A stretch of DNA of 64,000 nucleotides from Carcharhinus amblyrhynchos (lineage: Eukaryota). The stretch spans positions 137,268,001 through 137,332,000 of the forward strand of contig OZ336872.1 in the NCBI GenBank assembly GCA_965287045.1, read 5' to 3'. Within the stretch, counting starts at the first letter, position 1. Each line of letters opens with the position of its first letter. Below are positions 10,055 to 22,000 of the stretch, piece after piece. The notes under the pieces are model-generated. The model was not told the origin of the DNA and searched no databases. It saw only the letters and a program-made list of their open reading frames with translations. The translations under genes and the position numbers were made by a program.

Positions 10055-13000
10055 CACATATCCCTCACCCGCCACTCACACGCTCACACATATCCCTCAC
10101 CTGCCACACACACACCCCCCTCACACTCCCTCACCNNNNNNNNNNNNNNNNNNNNNNNNNNNNNNNNNNNNNNNNNNNNNNNNNNNNNNNNNNNNNNNNN
10201 NNNNNNNNNNNNNNNNNNNNNNNNNNNNNNNNNNNNNNNNNNNNNNNNNNNNNNNNNNNNNNNNNNNNNNNNNNNNNNNNNNNNNNNNNNNNNNNNNNNN
10301 NNNNNNNACCCCCACCACACACACAAACACACACACACACACTCCCCTCACCACACACACACACACACACACCCACACCCACACCCCCCACACTCTCACG
10401 CACACAATCGTGTTCTCCTACCATTAATCACCTTATATTTCAATCGCACTGCCACCAATCAGAAAGCAAACTGACTCTTGTTTATACCAAAAAAATGTTT
10501 AATTTTATTAATTCCCCTTTTGCCCCGGCAGTTAGTCTTCAATGTTTGGAGCTGCTGGGCTTTATCCTGGTGGGTGCGCGGAGGATGAAGTTTTATCAGT
10601 GGGTGGAGTTGTTGATCTGAATTTAGAGAATGTGTAGCCAGGGTCCGTGCCAGGCCCAGGAATCTGAGCTGGACAGGACTGGGCGAGGGGTCTGGTCCAG
10701 AGCGGCCATCATCTGATTGGATGGTAGGATAGAGTGGAGGAGCTGAATCGCTCATTGACCCTCTGTTGACCCTGATGTCACGAGCAGCAGCGAGCAGCTC
10801 CCAACCCAAACAGGCCAATATGGAGCCTCTGTGAGTGATAGTCATCCCAAATCTGTGATGGGGGCCATTTCATCGGATGAGTTGCTGGACCCACCAATTT
10901 CCAGAATGACCCTGGGGTCACCAACCTATCAGTATGGTGGCTACAATTCTTGAAAGTGTCACGACTGAGATTGATTTATAGATTTTTGTTACACAAGTGC
11001 ATTTAGAACTCTAAAACCTAAATGGAATTGAGATACAGTTGTCATGCTGTAATGGCATAGTAGAACAGGTTTAAGGGGCTGAATGGCCTCCTGTTGCTTC
11101 TATGTTAGGAGGGAAGGAATTCTTATTTACAATTTGAAACCTCTGGTTTAGCAATGTGTCCCCATCACAGGCGATGTTTTTGGTGTCAGCCATGTCTGAC
11201 CAGTGTGAAGAATGTTCTAACGTTACTCTGGGTTTTTATCCCGGGTAGGTGGAAGTTATTTTGAACAAATAATTCTGTCATCCAAACCCAGGTACAGAAG
11301 CGATCGCTCAGTAATTCTCCTCGACGCCCACCCAAACAGGGAACACATTCCACTAAGTGGCCATCGTCCAATGATATCTCCGACCAACACCCTGCTCAGC
11401 AACCAGCACGCCGCCAGCAGAAACTTCATCCCGGTTTCCTTCCCTCCGCCCCGGTCAACAGACGAGGCTCACACCAAGCTGTGGCATTGCAGGACTCCAG
11501 TGTCCACACCCAGGCAGAAGGCGGGCAGAAGACGCATGCCCCCCTGGAGGACCAGTCCAGGCAGGCACGATCACGGGGACGGTTAATGGCCAAACAGCGG
11601 CTGCCACAGGATTTGACCTTTGGGTTTGGACCTAATGGAGTGGTGAAAAAGAATGTAAAGAGCTCCGTTGCGAATCCTCCAGCGCGCTCAGATGAATACA
11701 TCTTTACCTTTAGTGAAAGTGGGGTTATTAAGAAAAGGATTAAAGCTGCAAAACCCCTAGCTAACAGATTCACAGCGAAGCCGGATGGGGTGGTAGCCAG
11801 GGTTCCAAACGCTCCCAGAATCAGAGTGGATCCTGATTTTGATCTTGAAGATAAATGGTGCAATGAGGGAGAGGCAAGATCACTTTCTGCTGATGTCTCT
11901 CTCTCTCCAACATCTCCTCGTAGCCTATCTCCAGAGTTTCCTGAGGACTATCTATCACGTTCCTCCCCAGCTTCATTTCTTTCAGGCACGCAGCAATTTC
12001 TAGCTCACAGAGTGAATTCTGCTGAGGGCAACTTCTGTCTAAAGGTCCCTGCGGCCGCGCACTTCCTGTCTTTAAAAAAGATGGCCAGCGCTCCCGATCT
12101 TTCTGACTTCGGCTCCTCCTCTTCCGTTGTTCCTGATTCTCGCAACCTCAGTCGCTCAAATTCTGCTGACCTGCATTCCGTACGCAAGCCCCTCTGTGGC
12201 TCTCCCATTCCTGGAAGCTTCCCGTATGACGATGCTTTCTTCAGTAGCTCTCCCTGCCGTTCCCTAGAGTCTTCCCATTCCTGCAGCTTTCCCAACCATT
12301 ACAACACACTCATGGCTTCTGCCGTTCACTCTTCCTTGGAGCAATTGCCCCTCACACCTCCACGTGTAATGTTGGATGGCTCCACTCTATGTCCAGCACC
12401 CAAAGAACACGCGGAAGAAATGCGGAACGTTCCAGTATTAAGATTGGAAATTGAATCAGACGATTCCTCAGAGAGGAGAAAATATAACCCATATCCCCAT
12501 AACCCAATGAATGGTGACTGCTGGACCAGGCCTCTATCTCCAGATAGCCCTGACATTTCCATTTTCTCTCAGTCTTGTCCAGTGAGTAGTTTCCATCAGT
12601 TCCCCCTTCCTGGATCTCCCAGAAGCAGCCGTTCGGCTTCTGAAAACAGTGGCGTCAAACTCCCAACTCGATGCCACCGGCAGTCTCCTGAACACAGGAG
12701 CTTTAAATAGTCTTTAACTCCATACGCCTTTTGGCTGTTTGAATAAGCAGACATTGCTGGTCCCTCACTCATATCCGTGAATGTCTCCAAAATGGTTTCA
12801 GCACCGTTCCATTGATAATGTGCCTTGTTGTGCTCAAAGGCCAATTCTTCTGAGCTTTGCCCTTATTTCATGTTTCTCCTGGTTTGACTGTTGGTACTGA
12901 CACTTACAGCTTCCTCAACAACCTCTCCCATCTGGGTGTCTGCTCTCTTTCTGATTGCTCTGATGTTAGTCCTTGGTGAGCTCCTACTTTGGCCAGAGAG

Positions 13001-16000
13001 CTCAGGAAGTTTCTCCATGATCGCTGACGTGGGAACCCTGGAGTATCCGATACTTGTCATTCGATCATGGCTGACATATTTCTCAACACCATTCTCCTGC
13101 CTTTTCCCTGTAACCCTTGATCCCCTTACCAATCAAGCTCTCTGTCTTAAGTACACTCAATGACCTGGCCTCCACTGCCTTCTATGGCAATGAATTCCAC
13201 AGATTCACCACCCTCTGGCTGAAGAAATTCCTTCTCAACTGGGTTCTGAAGGGTTGTTTCCGTATTCTGAGGCTGTGTCCTTGGATCTTAATCTCTCTGA
13301 CAAATGGAAACCATCTCCCCCACGTCCAGTCCATCCAGTCTTCCAGTATTCTGGAGTAAAAAAACCAAGTAGACCTGGTTTCCTGTTTTGTAAACTGCTA
13401 CTTGGAGGTGAAATCTTTTAGGTTCAGAGGGAAGACTCAACATAAGAGATGATTCTTTCCAAATGGGAAGAAACAAAGAGTTGAATTTTATATAGTGCCT
13501 CAGGATGCCCAAGACAACCAATTACATATTTCTCAAGTGTAGTAGCTGTTGCAATGTAGAAAACATGGCAACCAATTTGCACACAGCAAGATCCCACAAT
13601 GTGATAACAACCAGATGATCTGCTTTTGAGTGAGGAATTAATATTGGCCAGTAAGACCTCTCCTTCAAAAATTGTGTACGCTGTTCCGTCACCTGAGGGA
13701 GACGATAGGACCTCGGTCTAACATCTCACCAGGAAGACATTGGACTGGATTTCCAGTCCTGCCGGTGAGGAACTTCCGGTCCCTCCAAAGATGACCCCAG
13801 CCTTGCAGCAGGCTCCCTAGTGGTAGAACGGGCGTGCCACGTAAACGCTATAAACTTCAGGGGGACAGGAAGATTCTACCACTGGCCAATAGCAAGCTGC
13901 CTCTGCTGCCAGAAAACGTGCCACAGGAGGGCCACAAAATCCTGCCCATCTCTGCCAGCACAGCAACCCCTCAGTAATGCATTGGAGTGTCAGCCTGGAC
14001 GATGTACTCAAGGGGAGACAGGGGGGTCATGGTATCGTTGCTGGATTTGTAATCCAGGGACTCAGGTATGTATCCCACCGTGGCAGCTGGTGAAATTTGA
14101 ATTCAAAATCTGGAATTAAGAATCTACCAATAACCATGAAACCATTGTTGATTGTTGGAAAAATCCATCTGGTTCATTTAATATCCTTCAGGAAGGAAAT
14201 CTGCTGTCCTTACCCGGTCTGGCTTACATGTGACCCCAGAGCCACAGCGATGTGGTTGACTCTCAGCTGCCCTCAGGGATGGGTAACAAATGCTGGCCAG
14301 CCAGTGATGCCCACATCCCATGAATGTATAAAATAAAGAAAAAATGTTTCAGGCAAGGGTCTTGAGCCAATGATGAGAGTGTTATCTGCTGAGCTCTGGC
14401 TGACACCAAATTGTACTTTTTTGTACCTTCCACTTTCTCCTGAAACTGTCCAGCTCACAGCAGTTGGTAGACAGCCTTCAATAATGCCAGTGAAACCCTT
14501 CCCCATGGTTTCCCATGGACTATCCCAATGTGAATTCCCTGGTTCCTAAGAATAGACTGCCCCATCGTGTCAGAGAGGTTTACAGCATGGAAACAGGCAC
14601 TTCGACCCAACTTGTCCATGACCCCTCCTTCTTTTAAATCTCTAAACTAATCCCAATTGCCTGCATTTGGCCCATACTCTCTATGCCCATTTTACCCATG
14701 TAATTGTCTAAATGCTTTTTAAAGGACAAAATTGTACCCACCTCTACTACTACCTCTGTGAAAAAATTACCTCTCTGGACACTTTTACATCTCTCCCCTC
14801 TCACCTTAAACCTATACCCTCAGTTTTAGACTCCCCTACCTTTGGGAAAAGATATTGACTATCTAGCTGATCTGTGCCTCTTATTATTTTATAGACCTCT
14901 ATAAGATCACCCCTCAGCCTCCTACACGCCAGAGGAAAAAGTCCCAGTTTATCCAGCCTCCCGTTATAACTCAAACCATCAAGTCCCGGTAGCATCCTAG
15001 TAAATCTTCTCTGCACTCTTTCTCATTTAATAATATCCTTTCTATAATAGGGTGACCAGAACCGCACACAGTATTCCAAGTGTGGCCTTGCCAATGTCTT
15101 GTACAACTTCAACAAGACGTCCCAACTCCTGTATTTAATGTTCTGACCAATGAAACCAAGCATGCCGAATGCCTTCTTCACAACTCTGTCCACCTGTGAC
15201 TCCACTTTCAAGGAGCTATGGACATGTACCCCTAGATCTCTTTGTTCTGTAACTCTCCCCAATGCCCTACCATTAACTGAATAAGTCCTGCCCTGGTTCA
15301 GTCTACCAAAATGCATCATCTCGCATTTTTTTAAATTAAACTCCACCTGTCATTCATCAGCCCACTGGCCCAATTGATCAAGATCCCACTGCAATTGGAG
15401 ATAACTTTCTTCACTGTCCAGTATGATACCAATATTGGTGTCATCTGTAAACTTACTAACCATGCCCCCTATATTCTCATTCAAATCATTGATATAAATG
15501 ACAAATAACAGTGGGCCCAGCACTGATCTCTGAGGCACACCGCTGGTCACAGGCCTCCAGTTTGAAAAACAACCCTCTACAACCACCTTCTGGCTTCTGT
15601 CAAGAACCCAATTTTGCATCCCGTGAGATTAAACCTTATGCAACAACCTACCGCGCAGTACCTTGTCAAATGTCTTGCTAAAGTCCATGTAGACAACATC
15701 AACTGCACTGCCCTCATCTACCTTCTTGGTTACCCCTTCAAAAAACTCAATCAAATTTGTGAGACATGATTTTCCACTCACAAAGCCATGCTGACTGTCC
15801 CTAATCAGCCCTTCCATCTCTAAATGCTGTAGATCCTGTCTCAAAATACCGTCCAACAATTTACCCACCACAGATGTGAGGCTTACTGGCCTGTAGTTCC
15901 CAGGCTTTTCCCTGCAGCCTTTTTTGAACAAAGGCACCACATTTGCCACTCTACAATCCTCAGGCACCTCACCCGTGACTATCGATGATTCAAATATCTC

Positions 16001-19000
16001 GGCTAGGGGAACCTGCAATTTCTTCCCTAGCCTCCCACAACGTCCTGGGATACACTTCATCAGGTCCCGGGGATTTATCACCTTAATGCGCTTTGAGACT
16101 TCCAGCACCATCTCCTCTGTCACACGTACACTCCTCAAGACATCACTATCTATTTCCCCAAGTTCTCTAACATCCATGCTTTTCTCAACAGTAAACGCTG
16201 ATGGGAAATATTCATTTAAGATCTCACCCATTTCTTATGGATCCGCACATAATCCTTAAGATTATGTTGATCCTTAAGAGGCCCTAATCTCCCCATTGTT
16301 ATTCTTTTGCCCTTTATGTATTTGTAGAAACTCTTTGGATTCTCCTTTTGCCTTATCTGCCAAAATAATCTCATGTCCCTTTTTTTTGCCATCCTGATTT
16401 CTCTCTTAACTCTACTCCTACAGCCCCTATATTCTTCAGGGGATTCACTTGATCGCAGCTGCCTATGCATGTCATGTGCCTCCTTCTTCTTGACAATGGC
16501 CTCAATATCCTGAGTCACTCAGAGTACTTGACTTCTGCCACCCTTGGTTTCACTCTAAGAGGAATGTGTTTACCCTGAACCCTGGTTAACACACTTTTGA
16601 AAGCGTGCCACTTACCAGACATCCTTTTGCCTTCCCACAGACTCCCTGAATTAACTTTTGAAAGCTCCTCCCTGATACCATCAAAATTGGTGTTGGCCCA
16701 ATTTAGAATTTTAACTTTTGGGCCGGACCTATCATTCTCCATAGCTATCTTAAAACTAATAGAATTATGGCCACTGGTCCCAAAGTGATTGCTCACTAAC
16801 ATTTCTGTCACCTGATCTTCCTTATTTCCCAAGAGGAGGTCAAGTTTTGTCCCCTCTCTGGTCAGGCCATCCACAAACTGAATGAGAAATTCCTCTTGAA
16901 TACACTCAACAAATTTCTCTCCATCCAACTCTCTAATACTATGTCTGTCCCAGTTGATGCTGGGAAAGTTAAAATCCCCTACTATTACAAGGCCTATTTT
17001 TCTTGGAGCTATCAGTAATCTCCTTACATATTTGCTCCTCAATTTCCCGCTGACTATGTGGTAAAAATCGGTGTGGTATTGAGTTTATCCCAAGTTTCTG
17101 ACTGAAGCAATGAGTAATTATCTTATATTCATGGTCACTCCTTTTTGACTCTCATGCAAATGAAAATCTCTCTCTCTGTCTTCCCCATCAAACCTCTTCA
17201 TAATTTTAAAGACTTTTCATCAGGTCAGAGAAGAGGGCTCCAATCCATTTTTTTTTTCATTTATGTGTGTCTGCATCGCTGGCTGGGCCAGCGTTTGTTG
17301 CCCATCTCTAATTGACTTGAACTGAATGACTTGCTCAGCCATTTCAGAGTCAACCACATTGCTGTGGGTGCTGTGGGTCAGATGTAGGCCAGCTAAGGAC
17401 AGCAGATATCCTTTCCTGAAGGACATTTGTGATCTAGGTGGTTTTTACGACAATTGACAATGGTTTCGTGGTCATCATTTAGACTTTCAATTCCAGATTT
17501 TTATTGAATTCAGGTTTCTCTATCTGCTGCGGTGGGATTCGAACCCAGGTCTCCAGAGCATTCCCTGTGTCTCTGGATTGCTAGTCCAGTGACAATGCCA
17601 CTGCACCACCACTGGTCAGTCTTGTGAGTATAAATTTTGGATTCTGGTATCGTCCTTTCAGTCGTCGGGTTATTGTAGAACCCTAACATTAAATGTTCTG
17701 GGCATTCACGAGATCACACTTTTTTCAGCATTACTCCTGGATAAGAAACAAGTTGTCCATGGGTATGTGATATGCTGTTTCATGACTTTTCTTGCTCCCC
17801 CACAACAAAAAATGTTGATGATTTTTGGGAATGAATTACTTCCCAGGATTATTTGAGTGTTTCTTGATGCTCTCGTGGCCCATTCCCTGTATCTTTGGCC
17901 TCCCCGCGTTCACACCAGATGTAAGTGTTCACATTCCGGTCAAGCCTGATGTGAACAACTGGGATGGAACACATTTCCCTCCTGTTCCTGTGTCCCCACT
18001 TCACCGTTGATGTGTGGGGTTCCCTGGTGGTTGCAGTGCTCCAAAAATTTGAAACCGTAGCTGGAATATTGGCCACTAATGTGGCCTATTTTATTGTAGT
18101 AATTCAGATGTTAGCAAGAAACCTTGGGGCTCTACCAAAGAGAGCACATTGGAAACAAGAGCCTCGATTTAGAGTGAGATTATTCCCATCCATTTGTCAT
18201 TCCGACATGCTTCTATCTTTTGATCTTTCCTCTTTCTATTGGCTGTTCTGCTCGAGCGACATAATTCTCTTGCCGCAGTGGACTGACATAGAATCACAGA
18301 ATCCCTACAGTACCGAAGGAGGCCATTTGGCCCATTGAGTCTGTAGTGACCACAATCCCACCCAGGCCCTATTCCCATAACTACGCACATTTACCCTGCT
18401 AATCCCCGTCACAGTAAGGGGTAGTTTAGCATGGCCAATCAACCTAACCGCACATCTTTGGACTGTGGGAGGAAACTGAAGCACCCGGAGGAAACCCATG
18501 CAGACATGGGGAGAACGTGCAAACGCCATACAGACCCAAGGCTGGAATTGAACTTGGGTCTCTGGTGCTGAGAGGCAGCAGCGCTAGTCACTGTGCCACC
18601 ATCATCGCATCTGCACGCTCCTTTTTTCTGTATCACTGTGGCTCCACTCTCTGACCACCCAACTCTCCTCAAAACTCTCTAATATGGTCATGCAACAGGA
18701 TACATATTCCTAAACTTGGCATTAATCGGATTTTGACCAGCACAAATCACTCTGTCTTCAGATTTTCTTGAGGGACGAGGCACTTCCTAAGTCACAAAAG
18801 AAACCCCCATGTCCCATCAGGGGAAAACAAAGTGAGTTCCACCTATTTCATACGCAGTAGGTTGGGATTGAACAGTATTGGTGGAAATGTGCAACAACAC
18901 AAACCCTTAGATAGCCAAGAAAGGACTGACCTGAAACTCGGAGATTGCTGCAAAACATGATGTATTCAACAGAAATATGGCATCTGAAGATTAGTAGACA

Positions 19001-22000
19001 GAGGAACTGAGCAAACTGGCCTTTGAATTGGGCATTATTCTTTTGAGAATCTGGTCTAATTGCTCCCACTTTCACTTTTTCCCCTGAGTAAAAGCAGAAA
19101 GTGTTTGAGGATCACCAACAGCGGGTCCTTCTAGCCAAAGCCATTGGATGTTGATCCATTGCAGAGCGCACCCCTCACCTCTCCATCTCTAGGCCACCTG
19201 AGGCCAGTTCTATTTGGCATTTTATTGGTGGCCTTGGCCATCTTGAGCTACAATAGGGATTGAACCCGAGACATTCTTGGTCTGATTGGCCAAGTGCCAA
19301 CTGATGGTACCTCACTGACAGAACCGACTGCTTCCTTGTCTGCCGTTGTTCCTACTTAAGTGGACATTAAAGATCAAGCTTGCTCTTTTATTGTACCTTT
19401 CACAACGTCAGAAGATCCCAAAGTGCTTGGCAGCAAATGATGCACTTTATGAAGTGACAATCCCTTATGAAGTGGGGACGTACAGCAGCCAATGTGAGCA
19501 TGCTAAACTCCCCCACCTGAGGATAAAACTGTCCCAGGACATGAGCGAGAACTTCTGCTCTCCTTCGAATACAGTGAGACATCTCTTACACCCACCTGAG
19601 AGTGCAGCCTGCATCAATTTCCACCTCACTAATTCAGCAACTATCCTCGTGGCCCCTTCATTACCCATTCACTTCTTTGCCCACTGCATTCATTCTGTTA
19701 AAAACTCCATTACGAGTGATATGTACCTTCCCCAGATAGATGAGAACTGCAGCAATGTCTACTAATCTTCAGACTGTTCAGCATAAACGTATTTCTGATG
19801 GCAACTTTGTACATAAGAACATAAGATACTTTTCCTTTTTTAATTTTGCACTAATACCACTGTATTCCTGCACTGGGGGCTTCAACATTAGCAAGACTAA
19901 CTTGAGAATGATGAGCTGCTGTTAGAGCTATGAATTTCATGGCACTCCCAGCATGTTAATATAGATACAAACCTTCAATTGGACCTGGAAGTGAGTCTAG
20001 ACGCTTCATCCATTATAAACCATTTCCATTTCAATAACTATTTTCCAGTTCTTTAATGCATCTAACCTAGTAAAACATCCCAAGAAATTTCACTATCAAA
20101 ATCCGACATCTAGCCAGATGTTAAGACAAGCGTTCAGAGCTTAGTCAAAGAGATAGCTTTGCCTCATCTACAAAGGAAGGGGAGGGAAGTGGAAAGGCTA
20201 GGGAGGGAGTTCCGGAGTGGAACTGATTCAAATTGGGGAAGGGAAAGAGACCAAAGCTGGGGCCATGCCGAGGCCTTGTCAGCTTTCAGGGCTGGAGGAA
20301 GACCAGGATTAGAACCTATGGCACGGAGACAGGCCCTTCAGCCCAATGAGGTCCATGCTGACCAAAAAGCCTGTCTAAGCTAACCCCGTTTGCCTGCATT
20401 TGGCCCATATCCCCCTAAACCTTTCCCACCCATTACAGATGTAATTAAGAAATGGAAATGCATTAATTCTCAGCCATAAAACCACTTTATCCAGCTGAAG
20501 CGATCTGATTATTTCTCGGTCCAAAGAAGATCATCTTAGCCCGTGCATGAGCAGAAAGTACTGGAACTAAAACTGACTCACTTTGTAACAATTTCCCCCT
20601 TGCTGCATTTTTTGTTAATATTAAACACTAATTCTGGAGTCGGTTAAAACAGCTGAGTGAATGATCCGTCTGTGTCTAACTCTGAGTCCCTGGCATACGG
20701 ATGCCAGGCCACACCCCAAACGGTATCAGCTGGAGCCACTGGATACACAGAGGCTGTGGGCCCTGACAACATCATGGTGGTAGTACTGAAGAACCTGCCA
20801 TGGTCCAGCCAGATGTCCCAGTGCAGCTACAACACTGGCATCATCTACCCATAAAATTGGCGAGATGTGCCCTCTCCTCAAAAAGGACAAATCCAATCCA
20901 AACAATTACTGCCCCATCAGTCTCCCCTCGATCATCAGTAAAATGATGGAAGGGGTCAGCGACAGCGCTGTCAAGCAGCACCTGCTCACCAATAACCTGC
21001 TCAGTGACGCCCAGTTTGGGTTTCACCAGAGTCACTCAGCCCCTGACCTCATTCCAGCCTTGGGTCCAAACATGGACAGAAGAGCTGAATTCCAGACGTG
21101 AGGGTGAGTGCCCTTGACATCATTTCACTTATTTATTTATTAGTGTGAGGCTTACATTAACACCGCAATGAAGTTACTGCGAAAATCCCCTAGTCGCCAC
21201 ACTCCGGCGCCTGTTCAGCTACACTGAGGGAGAATTCAGCACGGCCAATGCACCCTAACCAGCGCGTCTTTTGGACTGTGGGAGGAAACCGGAGCACACG
21301 GAGGAAACCCACGCTGACACGGGGAGAATGTGCAGATTTCGCACAAACAGTGATCCAAGTTGGGAATCAAACCCGGGTCCCTGGCGTTGTGAGGCAGCAC
21401 TGCTAACCACTGTGCTACTCCAGCACGGGGCACCACAATGGCACAGTGGTTAGCACTGCTGAAGGGTTCCTTGGTGCCAAATTCGGTCAAATATTGCATT
21501 TGACTGAGTGTGGCATCAAGGTTGCCTGAGTGACACTGGAGTGAATGGGAACTGGGTTAGAGTCATACCTGGCACAAAGGAAGATGGTTGTGATGGTTGG
21601 AGGTCAACCATCTCAGCTCCAGGACATCACTGCAGGAATTCCTCAGGATAGTGTCCTAGACCCAACCATCTTCAGCTGCTTCATCAATGCCCTTCCTTCC
21701 ATCATAAGGGCAGAGGTGGGGATGTTTGCCGATGACTGCACTGTTCAGTATCATTCGCGACTCCTCAGATACTGAAACAGCCCTTGTCCAAATGCAACAA
21801 GACCTGGACACTGTCCAGCCTTGGGCTGACAAGTGGCAAATTACGTTCACGCCACACAAGGAGCAGGCAGTGACAATCTCCAACAAATCTAAACATCTTC
21901 CCTTTTCGTTCAGCTGCATTATCATGATCAAACCCTCCAACACCAATATCCTGATTTAGTATTATTGAGAATAAATTTAACAGGGCTGGTTATATAAATA

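Noticed and set aside
9625-10620. His/Thr-rich ORFs of 273-331 aa
   Set aside because: Translation of (CA)n repeats running across an N gap
12891-13163. 90-aa ORF resembling a membrane protein
   Set aside because: Non-ATG start, T-rich composition, and it runs into an antisense CR1 tail
14570-17060. Active reverse transcriptase or novel RT system
   Set aside because: Ordinary CR1 ORF2, 5'-truncated and split by multiple frameshifts
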